64,000 bases of DNA from Ostreococcus lucimarinus (taxonomy: Eukaryota): assembly GCA_000092065.1 (NCBI GenBank), contig CP000598.1, one strand, 5' to 3'. Under the pieces are notes generated by a model that did not search any database, was not told where the DNA came from, and saw only the letters and a list, made by a program, of their open reading frames with translations. Positions 31,489-42,924 of the stretch are shown here, piece by piece; within the stretch, counting starts at the first letter, position 1, and each line of letters begins with the position of its first letter. The translations under genes were made by a program, and so were the position numbers.

Positions 31489-31844
31489 TAACGTCGACGC
31501 CGTCCAAGACTTCTTTTTTCCAAACCGTCCTTTTATTAATCGAGCTCGATGACGACGAGTCGCAGACTTTTCGTTCATCAAGAGCAATCAAATCACGTTG
31601 GGTGAGCGATCACCGTTCACGGGCCCGCGAGGCCGGTGAGCTTTTACCATCGGTTGACCTGCGTCGTCGTCACCCGTACGCGTTGGAACAAATCATACGT
31701 GTTGTGCGTGTTGTCCACCGTCGCCGCTCGAACTGCATCCAGCGTCGACGGTGCTCGTTGTTGTGTTTGACTTTATTACATTTCTCTCATCGGTCCTACG
31801 TAATACTTTGGCTGACATGAATTAATTTAATAACCACAAGAAAT

Positions 31845-32471
31845 TTACTTTACGAAACCGTCGTCGTCCGCGCGCCGCGTCCGCGCGTTCGCGTCGTTCA
31901 TCTTGAAAACACCCGCGAGATACCGATAGATGAATCCAGAGTACGGTACCACCGCTCGCCGGTCTCTCGCTCGCGACGCGTCGCCGACGGCGGTGGACGT
32001 CGTGCGACGTTCTGCGTCGGGAACGCGCATGGCCTCCGACGCGCCCGGGACGTAGTTTTCGTCGCGCGTCGTCTTCGTGTCACCGCCACGTCCGACCGAT
32101 TTCTTTGACGCCTTCACCGACTTGAGGAAATGCTTTTGCGCGTGCGATCTGATTTGCGCCGCCGTCCTCGTCCCGACGTGTGTTTCGATCCGTTTCCAGT
32201 CGCGATCGTACAACTCGAGCGCGCGTAAAAACTTGTCGTGTTCGATCCTCGTCCACGGCGCGCGCGTCTTCGTTCGCACGTACGGTTTTCGCGGTTTCTT
32301 TGAACGCATCAGCGGCGCGCGCGCCGTGGTGGCTCTCGCCCGCGCGGCTTCGTTCTCGCTCGCGATTTTTCGTACGGCGGCGTCGACGAGCGCCCGCACC
32401 GAGAGCGACGACGACGACGACGGCGACGTCGTCGCGTGTTTTTCGCTGTTTGGGCGGTCGTCGTTCGTCAT
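31845..32471 (-). CDS. Single-repeat Myb (SHAQKYF/REVEILLE-CCA1-type) DNA-binding protein (208 aa).
   Basis: '[48 protein letters not shown]' matches the Myb/SANT SHAQK[YH]F class. Confidence 0.7.
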   Translation of the reverse strand: MTNDDRPNSEKHATTSPSSSSSLSVRALVDAAVRKIASENEAARARATTARAPLMRSKKPRKPYVRTKTRAPWTRIEHDKFLRALELYDRDWKRIETHVGTRTAAQIRSHAQKHFLKSVKASKKSVGRGGDTKTTRDENYVPGASEAMRVPDAERRTTSTAVGDASRARDRRAVVPYSGFIYRYLAGVFKMNDANARTRRADDDGFVK

Positions 32472-33773
32472 CGGCGACGGCGCGTCGGCGTCTGCCGCGT
32501 GACGAACTACAAACGCCCGATGAGACTCCGAGAAGACGACGACGCGCGCGGACGCGCGTCCAATCTCCAGGGCGCGTCGTCATACAACCACTTTATATAG
32601 AATAATTCGAATTATTATACTGCCTCAAAATCAATATAATGACGACACGCATACCAGTTTACCGTAGAAATGGTAATAGCCCTTTCGCCAATCGAAGCTC
32701 GCGGGTAAGGTCGGTCGATACACACACGTCACGTTTCCTCAGGCTGAGAGCGCCACGCCTTTTGACGCGAGCGATACTGCCTTGAGCCTTTCTTCACGAG
32801 TTTCACCGTAGCGCATCGCACAAGAAAACACAAAAACTCAGCCCTGCGTAGACAGACGAGGGTGGCGCCGGAGTATGACGGCGAAACGCGCCGCACGAGT
32901 TCAACGGGTTTCTCTCCAGAGCACTGGAACGGCGCGTTTTTTGTCGCGAATCCACGCAGCCCTTCTCTACCGCCGTAAAAGGTAAGTGCTTGTTGAAAAG
33001 CCGTGATTGCTTGCTGCTGCGTTGTCGCGTCAGCCGCTTCGCGCACGTATAAGCCCGCCGCGAGCCGTGAAAGTAAACGGGTACTCCGTGATGAGCGCTG
33101 TTTTTGGAAATCGGGATCCTCGTGGCTCCCAACGTTGTTAGCGAAAGGATGGAACGTGCATTCAGACCGTCGCCGTGTTCGGCTCCCGTATATTTGCCAC
33201 GCACTCGTCGTGCGTATACTTCACCTTGTAGTAGGGGTCGTTTTGCTTGCGCTGGTTCGCAACGAAACCCCGGCCGCGACCACGTCGAGCACACGATCGT
33301 TGCCGTGATAACCTGCGATGGTTGCGCGTAAAATGCGAGCAGCGCACCGCAGCGAAGGCAGCACCGCTCAACGCGTACCGGAGAAAGGTATACGAAGCGA
33401 TCGCCGCGGGCGTCGCGAGATACGTTTGGTATCCTAGTTTGAGCGGTCTATCGGCGTCGTAGAAAACTTCCGGGGCGGGGAGTATGGAGTTCATTCAGCC
33501 AATGCTTACTCGCCGTAGTCGGTTCATCTGTCGACATGCGTGCTGTGACTCAGGATGCGCGGCAGTGGCGCGTATCGTTAGACTTGCGACGGTGTGTCTC
33601 GCCAGAAATCAAAAGCACACATTTATTGAGTCGGGATGGCGTGGTGTTGTAAGTATTTACGTGGATTTAGCTCATGGCTATTAAATGCACGCCGAGGAAG
33701 TATGCCACACATACGACGCATCGTGAGTGCGACAAATCTAACATTGCTACCGCGAGAACGTTCGAGTGTGTCT

Positions 33774-34730
33774 TCAAATCAGCGCGACGCCAGGAGACCA
33801 CGGAAAGCGTCCCGCGAATCGTCGCCGAGGACACGCGTCTAAATACGTCCAAAACGATTTGAGTGATTTCACCGTTGAGCTATATGACGCGCGTTCGTTG
33901 AACGGATCCAGTGCTTGCCCCGTCGACCCGACGTCGTTTCGACACCCGTACGGATCGCGCGCGAACGCATCGCACGCTTTCGCTTCGCGCGTCGCCAGTT
34001 CGTTTTCGTTCACCGCCGCGGTACCGATGTAGGTCATATTGCTCCAGGAATACCCCATCGCGTCGAGATGAAGCTTTTCGAACCGCGCGCGCTCGACGTG
34101 AAACCCGACGACGGTGATCTTTGAAGGAAACTTTCGAGCGAGTTGAAAGAACCGACACACGCTGAATAACGCGTGCTCGAACCCGTCGTTCGCGTGTTCT
34201 TCCGTGAACGTCCTAGACTCGACCTTCGCGTCGACGCCGAACCAATCGTTCGCCCTGGCGACTTGCCAATACGAGCTCGCCCGAGTCATCACCGCGCCGG
34301 CGTCGATTGATTTTCCTCCACTGAAAACGAGCACTGCGTGTGGGTTCCTCGCTGCCTCGCGAACACCGATCTCGATGTGTTCGACCAGCGACCGTACGTA
34401 TCCTTCCGACGACGTTTGATCGCGCTCTAAAGCCCAGTCGCCCGGGTCTTCCGCGGCTTTCGCGAAATCGCTACCCAAGTAAACCGCGCGCGCGGGAACG
34501 ACGACGAGCTCGTCCACGTCCGTCACCGCGGGCACTATCTTCTTCTCCTGTGCGCTCAGTCGCATCACCGTGTGCGTGATCGCTGCTCGCGGCGCATGAT
34601 TCGTCCTCCTGAGCGCTTCTATCGTGACGCAACACACGCACAGAAGAAACCAGAGCGAACGTTCGAGGTTAAGAATCCTCGTCGCGCGCTTCGCCCACAT
34701 CCGAGCGTATCGAGTGAACGCATACGTCAC
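33774..34730 (-). CDS. DUF218 (YdcF/SanA/ElyC-like) domain membrane protein (318 aa).
   Basis: N-terminal TM (SLWFLLCVCCV). 'HAVLVFSGGKS' and surrounding pattern resemble the DUF218 core. Assignment by eye only. Confidence 0.4.
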   Translation of the reverse strand: MTYAFTRYARMWAKRATRILNLERSLWFLLCVCCVTIEALRRTNHAPRAAITHTVMRLSAQEKKIVPAVTDVDELVVVPARAVYLGSDFAKAAEDPGDWALERDQTSSEGYVRSLVEHIEIGVREAARNPHAVLVFSGGKSIDAGAVMTRASSYWQVARANDWFGVDAKVESRTFTEEHANDGFEHALFSVCRFFQLARKFPSKITVVGFHVERARFEKLHLDAMGYSWSNMTYIGTAAVNENELATREAKACDAFARDPYGCRNDVGSTGQALDPFNERASYSSTVKSLKSFWTYLDACPRRRFAGRFPWSPGVALI

Positions 34731-34928
34731 GCGATCGCGGACTCGCGATGCGTACGTCGACGCGTTCGGCGCCGCGACGTCGTCGACTCGTCGGCGGACG
34801 CGCGCGCGTGTCCTTCGTCGCGCGCTGTGCAGGGCCGGAGTTTTTCACGCCCTCGGCTGCGTCAAACAAAAACCCGTCCTCCGAAACACACCGGCGTCCT
34901 CACACCGCCGCGCTCGCGGCGTCGCCTC

Positions 34929-37266
34929 GATGCGTCTGCGCGTCGCGTCGCTCTTCTCCGGCATCGGCGGTCTCGATCTCGGGCTCGAGCGCGCCGGACA
35001 CGACGTGGTGTTGCGCGTCGAGCGCGACGCGCACTGTCGCGAGTTGCTTCGACGGCAATACCCCGACGGCGCGCTCATGGACGACGTCGCCGCCGTCATG
35101 CCGCGCGATCTCGACGGCGTCGATCTGCTCGCCGCCGGGTTCCCGTGCAACGATTGCTCGTTCGAAAACGCGGCGCGACCGGGTTTGGAACACGGCCGCG
35201 ACACGCGTCTCGTGCGACACGTCTTTCGCCTGCTTCGCGAGAGACGCGTGGAGTGGGTGCTCCTGGAGAACGTCGTCGGGCTTTTGCGTTGGCACAGGCG
35301 GCGTCGTCGGAACGAGCGCCAGGGAGAGAACACGTCGCGGTCGCGCGATGCGCGTGCGCGGCCGCCGGCGATCGATCACATCGTCACCGAATTCGAAAAA
35401 CTCGGCTACCGCTGGGCGTATCGCGTGGTCGATTTGCTCGCCTTTGGCGTGCCGCACAAGCGCCGACGCGTCTTCATCGTCGCGAGCGCGCACGGCGACC
35501 CGCGAGACGTGCTTCTGAGTCAAGACTCGCAGTGTCAAGGCCGGTGCGAGACTTTCGCGGCGCACGCGCGCGTCCACCGCCGTCGGTGTTACGACTGCTT
35601 CAACGCGCCGCCGCGCGACGCCGCGACGGTCGAAGCCGTGTCCATCGACGTCGGCGAGAACAGACGACCGCCTCTGCGCGACATTTGCCAGTGCTTGACG
35701 ACGTCGAACGGGCGGCGGACGTGCGTGGTGACGCGCGCGGCGAACGACGCGCGCGAGACGTCGACGACGCGCGCGCTCGCCGTCGAGGACGCCGAACGCC
35801 TGATGGGATTCGAGCCGGGGTACACCGCGTCGTGCTACCCGATCGCCGACGCCAACGGGCGCGCGCCGATGAGTTTCAACGTCGACGCGCAAACGCGCAA
35901 ACGGTTCGCGTTGTTGGGGCTCGCGTGCGCGGTGCCTCAGAGTGCGTGGCTCGGCGAGCGCCTGCGAAACCCGTACGCCGTCAAGTTTCCGTACGCCGCG
36001 CTGTGCGCGCCGTTCCGCCGCGCGTGTCCGGGCGGGGACGACGACGACCAGGAAGGCGCGTGGCCGCTCGCAGCGTACAACGTATTCGAGCTCGACGACG
36101 CGGACGAGCCGAGATGGAAAAGCCGCCGACGCGCGCCGAAGACGCTCTCGGAATCCCCCGTCGTGCGCGCGTTCGTGCCGCTGGGTGAGTTTTTGAAGTT
36201 TCAACGTCGCGCGCGGGACGTCGATCCCGAAACTTTGCGCACGTACGCGCGGCGACTCCGCGCGAGCGGCCACGACGACGTCGACGAGCTCGTGCGTCTC
36301 GCGTTGCTCGGCGACGAGCGACGCGATGGCAAGCGTCGGCGGATCGCGGCGCCGCACGTCGGTACTACCGTTCGTCGCGCCGAATCCGTCTGGTCGTCGA
36401 GCGACGACGAACGCGATGATTCCCGAGACGACGATGCGATGCCGACGTTCGGCGCGCGCGCGTGGGTGCGGTGGCGAGGCAAACGCGGCGACGTGGCGAC
36501 GCGTTGGCCGTGTCTCGTGCTCGACGCGGGCGAAGATGGGGTGCGAGGCGTGACGACGCATCGCCACGTGGTATTTTTCGACGCCGCGCGTTCGCACGCG
36601 CGCGTCAGATCGACGGATATCGTCGGCCGATTTGGTGGAGACGACGACGACGGCGACAATATATCAGAACGCGCGGACATCGTCGGCGCGATCGAGCGCG
36701 CGAGGGTGTGGAAACGCGACGATCGAAATCACGAGTACGACCCGATCGCGTGGTCGTTTCGCGAACCGACGGCGTGTCTCGAGTGCGCAACGTGTCGCGA
36801 AGACGCGCCGCCCGCGGTGTCGACGCCCGATCGCAGTCGCGGCGGCAACGACGGTGTGTTGTCGCGAAGTCTTCGATCGAGCTTTGCGTCGGATTCAAAA
36901 ACATCATCATCATCGAAGTGTCCGCAAGCGACGGAAATAATTCCTCGCGCGCGCCTCGGGCACGTCGGCGCGACGCTCGCGTTGCGCCGCGGCGACGCCG
37001 TCGGACGAAGACTGCGCGTGTTTTGGCCCATCGAAAACGCGTTTTTCGCGGGCACGATCGCGGCGTTCGACAAACAAACGTACACGTTTCGCGTCGATTA
37101 CGACGACGGCGACGTCGAGGTGGCGTTCAAGCCGTGGATGGAGTCGGTGTGGCCGCTGAGGGGTGAAGATGAGTTCGCGACGTGTGGGGTGAAAACCCCT
37201 CGTGCGATCACACCATTCAATCAAAACACGCCAGAAATCTGCGAAGCACCAAAGACTCACTTTTAA
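34929..37266 (+). CDS. DNA (cytosine-5) methyltransferase (about 779 aa) with C-terminal PWWP-like ('WVRWRGKRGDVATRWPCLV') and Tudor/Agenet-like ('FWPIENAFFAGTIAAFDKQTYTFRVDYDDGDVEV') modules.
   Basis: Motif I 'LFSGIGGLDLG', motif IV 'GFPCNDCSFENAARPG', 'ENVVGLL' (motif VI), later 'QLGNAV'-position block. Start set at the ATG (34929) immediately preceding motif I; the track ORF extends upstream through GC-rich in-frame sequence. The whole gene sits in a CpG-dense island. Confidence 0.7.
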
Positions 37267-37382
37267 ACGCTTTGGTTGTGGCGTATAACCAACGATGGAG
37301 GAAACTTCAACAACACGTCAACTCTGCTCGCGCGTTGTTTTCTCAAAGCGCTTTGACGAAGACTATCTCAATGCGAAACTTG

Positions 37383-38300
37383 TCAGCAGTTGACAAAAAA
37401 TAGTTTACAAAGATTTCGCGCGCGCTCGATGACTTCCATTTCGTCGTGCGTAGCGGCGAACTCCAATTCAGGCCACGTCACTAGAGGCGCGCGCTTTCCC
37501 GCGTGCGCGTTATGATTCTTTCGTCGTTCGATGGCGCCTTTGAAATCCAAGTCTTCACACCCGATGAAATGAGAACGCGCGCATAACATTTCGAACAGTT
37601 TTGAATCGTTCGCGTCCTCAATTTTGAACCAACATTCCGCCGCTTCGTATCCAAGATTTGTGTATGTCGTCCACCACTCTAAACATTGCACGTCGTGTCG
37701 CAAAGAGTTGAAAACGCTTATGTTGACCTCAAAATCGCGACGAATGTCCTTACCAGCCATTTCAGAGTTGAAATTTGTATCAAATTGCCACTTCGTTCCT
37801 CTGCAGCTGCGTATCACTTGGAGCGGATGTCGAACGATGAGGAAAGTATTCGTGAATACTTCGATTGATCTAATGGGAAATTGTGGTGAACTCGCCAGCC
37901 AGTTTGAGCTTCCGTTCACTCCGAATGTCTCGTGACCTATGTCTACGCCAACATCGCGAAATACTTGAGATACAAAGCCGGTTCCTGAATAGCCGGCTCC
38001 GGTTATGAGAGCTGCGGACGCGATTGCGGATTTGTCGCCCACCCGTACCGGTTTTGAACGACGTCGGAACGACGTCTCGCTGAGAGCATCTTCTGAGAGA
38101 CATTGGTCTAGGCATGCGGCACAAACCGTTTCTGATGCAGTAACAAAGAACGAATCGTTCAAATTAACGTACCCCGTTAGCAATAAGGCGAGAATAGTCG
38201 ACAGAAATCCACCGACCCTGGTAAAGCGCTCTCTGACTTTGACGAGCGAATACTCGTCACGAGTGACTCGAACTTCACACGCCAGCGGCGATTCGATCAT
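37383..38300 (-). CDS. Type II membrane protein, sulfotransferase-like (305 aa).
   Basis: N-terminal anchor GGFLSTILALLLTGYV. 'ITGAGYSGTGFV' resembles the 5'-PSB loop and 'IVRHPLQVIRS' resembles the 3'-PB 'RDPxxRxxS' motif. Weak, motif-level only. Confidence 0.35.
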   Translation of the reverse strand: MIESPLACEVRVTRDEYSLVKVRERFTRVGGFLSTILALLLTGYVNLNDSFFVTASETVCAACLDQCLSEDALSETSFRRRSKPVRVGDKSAIASAALITGAGYSGTGFVSQVFRDVGVDIGHETFGVNGSSNWLASSPQFPIRSIEVFTNTFLIVRHPLQVIRSCRGTKWQFDTNFNSEMAGKDIRRDFEVNISVFNSLRHDVQCLEWWTTYTNLGYEAAECWFKIEDANDSKLFEMLCARSHFIGCEDLDFKGAIERRKNHNAHAGKRAPLVTWPELEFAATHDEMEVIERARNLCKLFFVNC

Positions 38301-38818
38301 TTGAGATCACCACACATTGCCATAGCCATAAAATCGTCAGTGAATGACGCACACGAACGGTTCTGTGTGACTTGCACGGCTGCACGGCCCAACAGGGGCG
38401 ACGGTTCGATTGTTTTTACAGCTTCATTTATTACATACGAAAAGAGGCAGCTTTGCGTTGAGGCGACTTGAACCTAAGCTTTTCATCTCCACTAGGCCAC
38501 ACCAATGTTCGCGTCGCAGTAGACGTGCAGGACAGACATTCGAATCGGTGCAACGTCGCGCTGTGAGTGGAAAGAACGACGCGGAGTGGTACGCCTCGAT
38601 GAATCGTCACACTCTGTCTTATGATGCGCGGATTCACGCGCTGTCGGCGTTCATCGCACGAGTTCTGCTCGCACGCAAATGCGAAGGCGTACCAAAAGCT
38701 ATTTCGTGTAGCCCTTTGACAACGACTGGAGGATGGCTGTGCGACCGTTTGGCGCTCGACGCGATTTCCAATTCTGTGTCGATCACCCTAAGTAAATCGT
38801 AATCTTCTTGTGGGAACG

Positions 38819-39928
38819 TCAGGAATACGTGCTGCACAATTCTGTGACTTGTGCTTTTGCAGACGCGTCGTGAAGTGGATTCACCTTTAACCAATGCTTG
38901 CAGCGAGTACAGTAAATGTCGGTTTGGTTGTCGGTTGTTTTGGCGTTCCAATCTCGTTCCAATCTCGCGCCGATGTCCAGTTCTTCTGTATCTGAAATCG
39001 ATTCAACGAAATCTAAGAGTAAATAACATTTGTACCCTTGAAGTCGGATGATTTCCTCCATTAACTCAATCGCTCTGTGAAGACTAAAGCTCGTGCGCTC
39101 GCGATACCACACCGCGGTGTACTCAAAAAACACATTTTTCACCGTTTTCGTTCTGAAGATGCGCATGCCGGACGACAAGACGCTCAGTTCATTACCTTCC
39201 GTATCTATGGCCAATATTTCAACGTCGTCATCATTCAAAGGGATGTCATCGAGCGCGATTGACGACACGATTTTGTGTCCAGCGCCGACGCCTTCGGCGT
39301 GTGTGTGAAACGTGCCAGAGCAAGTGTTGATCGGGGTGTCGATCGCGATCGGCACATCGCTGACGTAGTTGTTATACAACGAAACCCGTCTGACGAACTG
39401 CCGTGGGTACAAGGAAAACGTTTCCTGAATGCCAGAAACACAGAGAGGCAGAGGTTCTACGGCGTACACTCGGTACCCGCTGAGCATGAAAATCACGCAG
39501 AAAAAGCATTCATGCGCTCCGATGTTTATTGTTGCACCTCTACCACGGGACACACTAGAAATCGCATTAGATTTGTATTCGACTGGCGTCGAAGCCAATA
39601 GATTGCGCAGAATTTGTTGAATTTTCAATTCGCCTCCGTTCACTGGTAACCACTCAAACGTGTCTTCCCTCTTCAGCACGATAGGGAGATTTACGTAACC
39701 GTACACTTCAGTTTTTACGTCCGCCTTGTCTTTGACGAGGGTATGCGTGTCTTCGACGCCGTTTAAGGTGATTTCGCTGATGTTGGTGTGGCGAGGCGTG
39801 AAAACGACCTCTTGTTCGGGGCTCGCTGACACGCTGTAGTTGACACCACGTCGGAGCAGCGTAGGAATAATAAAGAGCGAAAGGAGAAGCGTATGTTTCG
39901 CACGCACTGAAACTTGCAGACTCTGCAT
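38819..39928 (-). CDS. FkbM-family methyltransferase domain protein with N-terminal membrane anchor (369 aa).
   Basis: 'GATINIGAHECFF' and 'VEILAIDTEGNELSVLSSG' match the two FkbM signature blocks. Anchor HTLLLSLFIIPTLL. Confidence 0.6.
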   Translation of the reverse strand: MQSLQVSVRAKHTLLLSLFIIPTLLRRGVNYSVSASPEQEVVFTPRHTNISEITLNGVEDTHTLVKDKADVKTEVYGYVNLPIVLKREDTFEWLPVNGGELKIQQILRNLLASTPVEYKSNAISSVSRGRGATINIGAHECFFCVIFMLSGYRVYAVEPLPLCVSGIQETFSLYPRQFVRRVSLYNNYVSDVPIAIDTPINTCSGTFHTHAEGVGAGHKIVSSIALDDIPLNDDDVEILAIDTEGNELSVLSSGMRIFRTKTVKNVFFEYTAVWYRERTSFSLHRAIELMEEIIRLQGYKCYLLLDFVESISDTEELDIGARLERDWNAKTTDNQTDIYCTRCKHWLKVNPLHDASAKAQVTELCSTYS

Positions 39929-40225
39929 GACCCAAGCGTCGTTCCGGTGAGTGACGTTCGCTGTATGTCGAGCTGTTCTATGTTAAGTCAAACTGATATG
40001 AAGCTCATCAGTTATCGCGTCCTTGAAGAAAAATCTAATAATACGTCGAATAAACCAGTCACGGCTCGTTGCGTATCGGTACTTGAAAGTGCGCGCATAT
40101 ACAAGTGTACTTTACACTTCAAAATGTTTTCAACGCCTGGAGTGATATTGCTACAAAATTCACCTACTAGATCAGCCACTCGCCTCGTTTGCGAAGCGAG
40201 AGCTTTCGCCGGTGTCTGCGAGCAT

Positions 40226-41548
40226 CTAACGCTCTCCTGGTAGTATCGTTGCGCGTTGATCTATCGCTTGCCCTGTTGGATCCCAGGAAGGGTATCTCGT
40301 CATATTCGATAAGCGCAACGCCAAGGGCGTGTAAAATTGCTCGGCGTTCTCACCGGCTTTGACGAGCTCGTCGACCCTTCTCATGCGCGCGCCATACGCG
40401 CGTACTGGATCGTTCAAACAAAACAATCGCAATTCTTGCATCGTTTGTTCACAAGTCTTATTTGTACCGCTCTTAATGTTTCCTATGAAGTCATCGAATC
40501 CACCGTATTCCGTCGCCGTCATCATTTTTAGGATATACTGAGGCGGGAAACAATAATTCGTCGCGTGGAATCCTCGACCGAGAACGTGTTCCATGCGCCC
40601 TCGAGGAAGGAGCATTTGGTCGAGGCGATTCGCTACGGTCACACCGGGATCACCGAGCGTCCACGGCATGTTACGCGCCGGAAAGTCGGATCGAAATGCG
40701 AAATTTAGGTTTCCGTACGGAAACCAAATGCCGAAATTACCCGGCAACGCCGTTTCGCAGCGCGCTGCTTTCCAAACGTCTTCCCTCGCCGGTATCTCGT
40801 CCACGTGACCAAAAATAACGAGCGTTTTCTCGTCGTAGCGTTTGGCGAGTTCCCGCGCTATGGCGCTCTCTTTCTCTGCTTCGAATTGGAAATTGACCCC
40901 GTTCGGCGCCGCGGCGCCGGCTTGCGCGTGTTTGAAAATTTCCACCTTGTCGCGAATCGATTCAAACCTCGCCGTCTGTAATAATGATTCAAGCGCGTCA
41001 AAAGTGGCTTCGCCTTTGTGCGTGACGTTCGACGTCACGGCGATAAACTTATCGACGACAGGGTGTAATTCGTACAGACGAATCTCCAACGTATCGACTT
41101 CGCCGCCGCCGAAGAGGAAAACATCCACAATATTCCTAGGTTCGTCTAAAGTTTTGCCAGCGTCGCACTCGAATTGAACGCTTGATGCGGGTTGTAATGC
41201 TATGGAGGAATCGTCATAATCTGTGGGACTCAGAGCCGACGGAAACTGCGCGCGCGTGAGCAGTTCGATCACCCGACGGTGATCGCTCGATATGCGAACC
41301 AACTCTTCACACAGATCACTCGATGGCGCTAACGGTTCATTGAACGCACGAGGCGTGTTCTCATCTGCCGTTTCGCTCACGCTCGCGTCGATCGATTCAC
41401 TCTGGTCACCTACTGTGCCGTTCACCGTGACTCCTGTGATGCGAACCAACTCTCGTGGAAAGTCGAAATCGACGTAGAGGTGCACGTACGCGTAAGTCAG
41501 CGTGACGACGACGAAAGCGACGATCTGAAACGCGCGCAGCTGTCTCAT
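40226..41548 (-). CDS. Glycosyltransferase family 17 (GnT-III-like) type II membrane protein (440 aa).
   Basis: 'IVDVFLFGGGEVDTLEIRLYELHPVVDKFIAVTSNVTHKGEA' matches the GT17 'F.F..E.D.LE.RL.EL...VD.FV..ES..T..G' block. N-terminal anchor FQIVAFVVVTLTYAYV. Confidence 0.55.
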   Translation of the reverse strand: MRQLRAFQIVAFVVVTLTYAYVHLYVDFDFPRELVRITGVTVNGTVGDQSESIDASVSETADENTPRAFNEPLAPSSDLCEELVRISSDHRRVIELLTRAQFPSALSPTDYDDSSIALQPASSVQFECDAGKTLDEPRNIVDVFLFGGGEVDTLEIRLYELHPVVDKFIAVTSNVTHKGEATFDALESLLQTARFESIRDKVEIFKHAQAGAAAPNGVNFQFEAEKESAIARELAKRYDEKTLVIFGHVDEIPAREDVWKAARCETALPGNFGIWFPYGNLNFAFRSDFPARNMPWTLGDPGVTVANRLDQMLLPRGRMEHVLGRGFHATNYCFPPQYILKMMTATEYGGFDDFIGNIKSGTNKTCEQTMQELRLFCLNDPVRAYGARMRRVDELVKAGENAEQFYTPLALRLSNMTRYPSWDPTGQAIDQRATILPGER

Positions 41549-41764
41549 GGTGCATGTATGTGACTTGAACCACTTAAATCGAGGACGTTACCTTCGTCGA
41601 CGGTGCGTCCTCGATCGAGCCCCCGAGTGCGGCAACGCGACCGCAGGTCCGCCACTTCGCGGCGTCAACTTGACGCGCGAGAGTCGAAGAATAAGCGCTT
41701 CACGCGTATCGATCGTTGTGTGAGGTAGTGGCTTAAACAGAAGACCAGGTGCGCTGGCAACTGA

Positions 41765-42787
41765 ATGGCTGAACTATCCACGGGGAAAGTCGAAACCGGC
41801 TTGGTGAGCCCAACGATGGGCGTTCGAACCGCCTCGCTGGCGTCGCGAAAGCATCAAGCGCTGGCGCTTTTCATCTTGACGATCCAAAACACCGCCTTGG
41901 TGCTCGTGACGAAGTTTTCGTATAGAAAATCTGCGACGCCTTACGTCGTGTCCACAGTCATCGCGAGCGCCGAGCTCGTCAAACTCGCTTTGAGCTATAT
42001 TTTGTTGGTCGCGTCCGACGGACAAAGCGCCGCCCGGGACGCGCTCCGCGAGGTGCCGTCCAACGCGACGCGGCTCGCGGTCCCATCCGTGCTGTACGTA
42101 ATACAAAACAACCTCCTTTTCGAGGGCGTGCGGTTGCTGAGCCCGACCGCATACATGGTGTGTTCGCAGAGCAAAATTCTCACGAGCACGATTTGTAGCG
42201 TCTTGCTCCTAGGAACGCGAATCACGCGTAAACAATATGTAGCGTTGTTGGTCCTCGCGTGTGGGATGATCATGGTACAGAACGAAGAAGGACGTGGACG
42301 CGATTTGCCGTCGGATAGAGCGCAGGTGAGACAAACTGTGCGAGGTATGGTCGTCGTGCTCACCGCCGCGTTTACGTCTGGCTTCGCGGGGGCGTATTTA
42401 GAGAAAATGTACAAAGAAGTGGGCGCTCAAAAGCGATCGGTATGGTTCCGCAACGCACAACTGGCGTGCTTTTCACTTCCAGTGGCGTTGATCGGATCAG
42501 TGTGGCGCGATGGAGAGCGCTTGCGCGCGAACGAAAGCGTGTTTCAAGGATACGACGGCGTCGTGTTGCTCGTCATCGCGCTACAAGCCGCCGGTGGTTT
42601 AGTCGTCGCGGCGGTGTTGCGATACGCGGGAAACGTGCTCAAGTGCTTCGCCGTGTCTATTTCTATATGTAATTGCGCCCTCGCGACGACGGTGTTTGCC
42701 AACGACGGACACAACCTGAGCGTTACGGCATCTCTCGGCATAGCGCTCGTCATCGGGTCGACGTTTCTTTATTCAAACGTAGTGTAG
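41765..42787 (+). CDS. Nucleotide-sugar transporter (SLC35A / UDP-Gal-CMP-Sia transporter family), 340 aa.
   Basis: 'LYVIQNNLLFEGVRLLSPTAYMVCSQSKILTSTICSVLLLG' matches the NST signature. About 10 hydrophobic helices. Confidence 0.7.
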   Translation: MAELSTGKVETGLVSPTMGVRTASLASRKHQALALFILTIQNTALVLVTKFSYRKSATPYVVSTVIASAELVKLALSYILLVASDGQSAARDALREVPSNATRLAVPSVLYVIQNNLLFEGVRLLSPTAYMVCSQSKILTSTICSVLLLGTRITRKQYVALLVLACGMIMVQNEEGRGRDLPSDRAQVRQTVRGMVVVLTAAFTSGFAGAYLEKMYKEVGAQKRSVWFRNAQLACFSLPVALIGSVWRDGERLRANESVFQGYDGVVLLVIALQAAGGLVVAAVLRYAGNVLKCFAVSISICNCALATTVFANDGHNLSVTASLGIALVIGSTFLYSNVV

Positions 42788-42924
42788 TGATTATATCATT
42801 CTGTGCGTTTAAACAAGAAAGATCAGGTATTTTCAAACGAGTGTAGCGGCGCGTTTTTATGCCTTCTATCTTCAAACGCGGAGCTAGAAATACCAAATCT
42901 CATCGACGCTACTAGAGTTCCTCA

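Noticed and set aside
34900-36597. 565-aa minus-strand ORF antisense to the DNA methyltransferase, plus similar long Arg/Ala/Pro-rich ORFs at 26284..27186, 353..946, 28435..29232, 30097..30702, 30733..31587 and 34572..36188.
   Set aside because: They lie in extreme GC/CpG-rich sequence where stop codons are rare in all frames. Translations are low-complexity (R/A/P/G) and overlap clearly recognisable genes on the other strand or frame.
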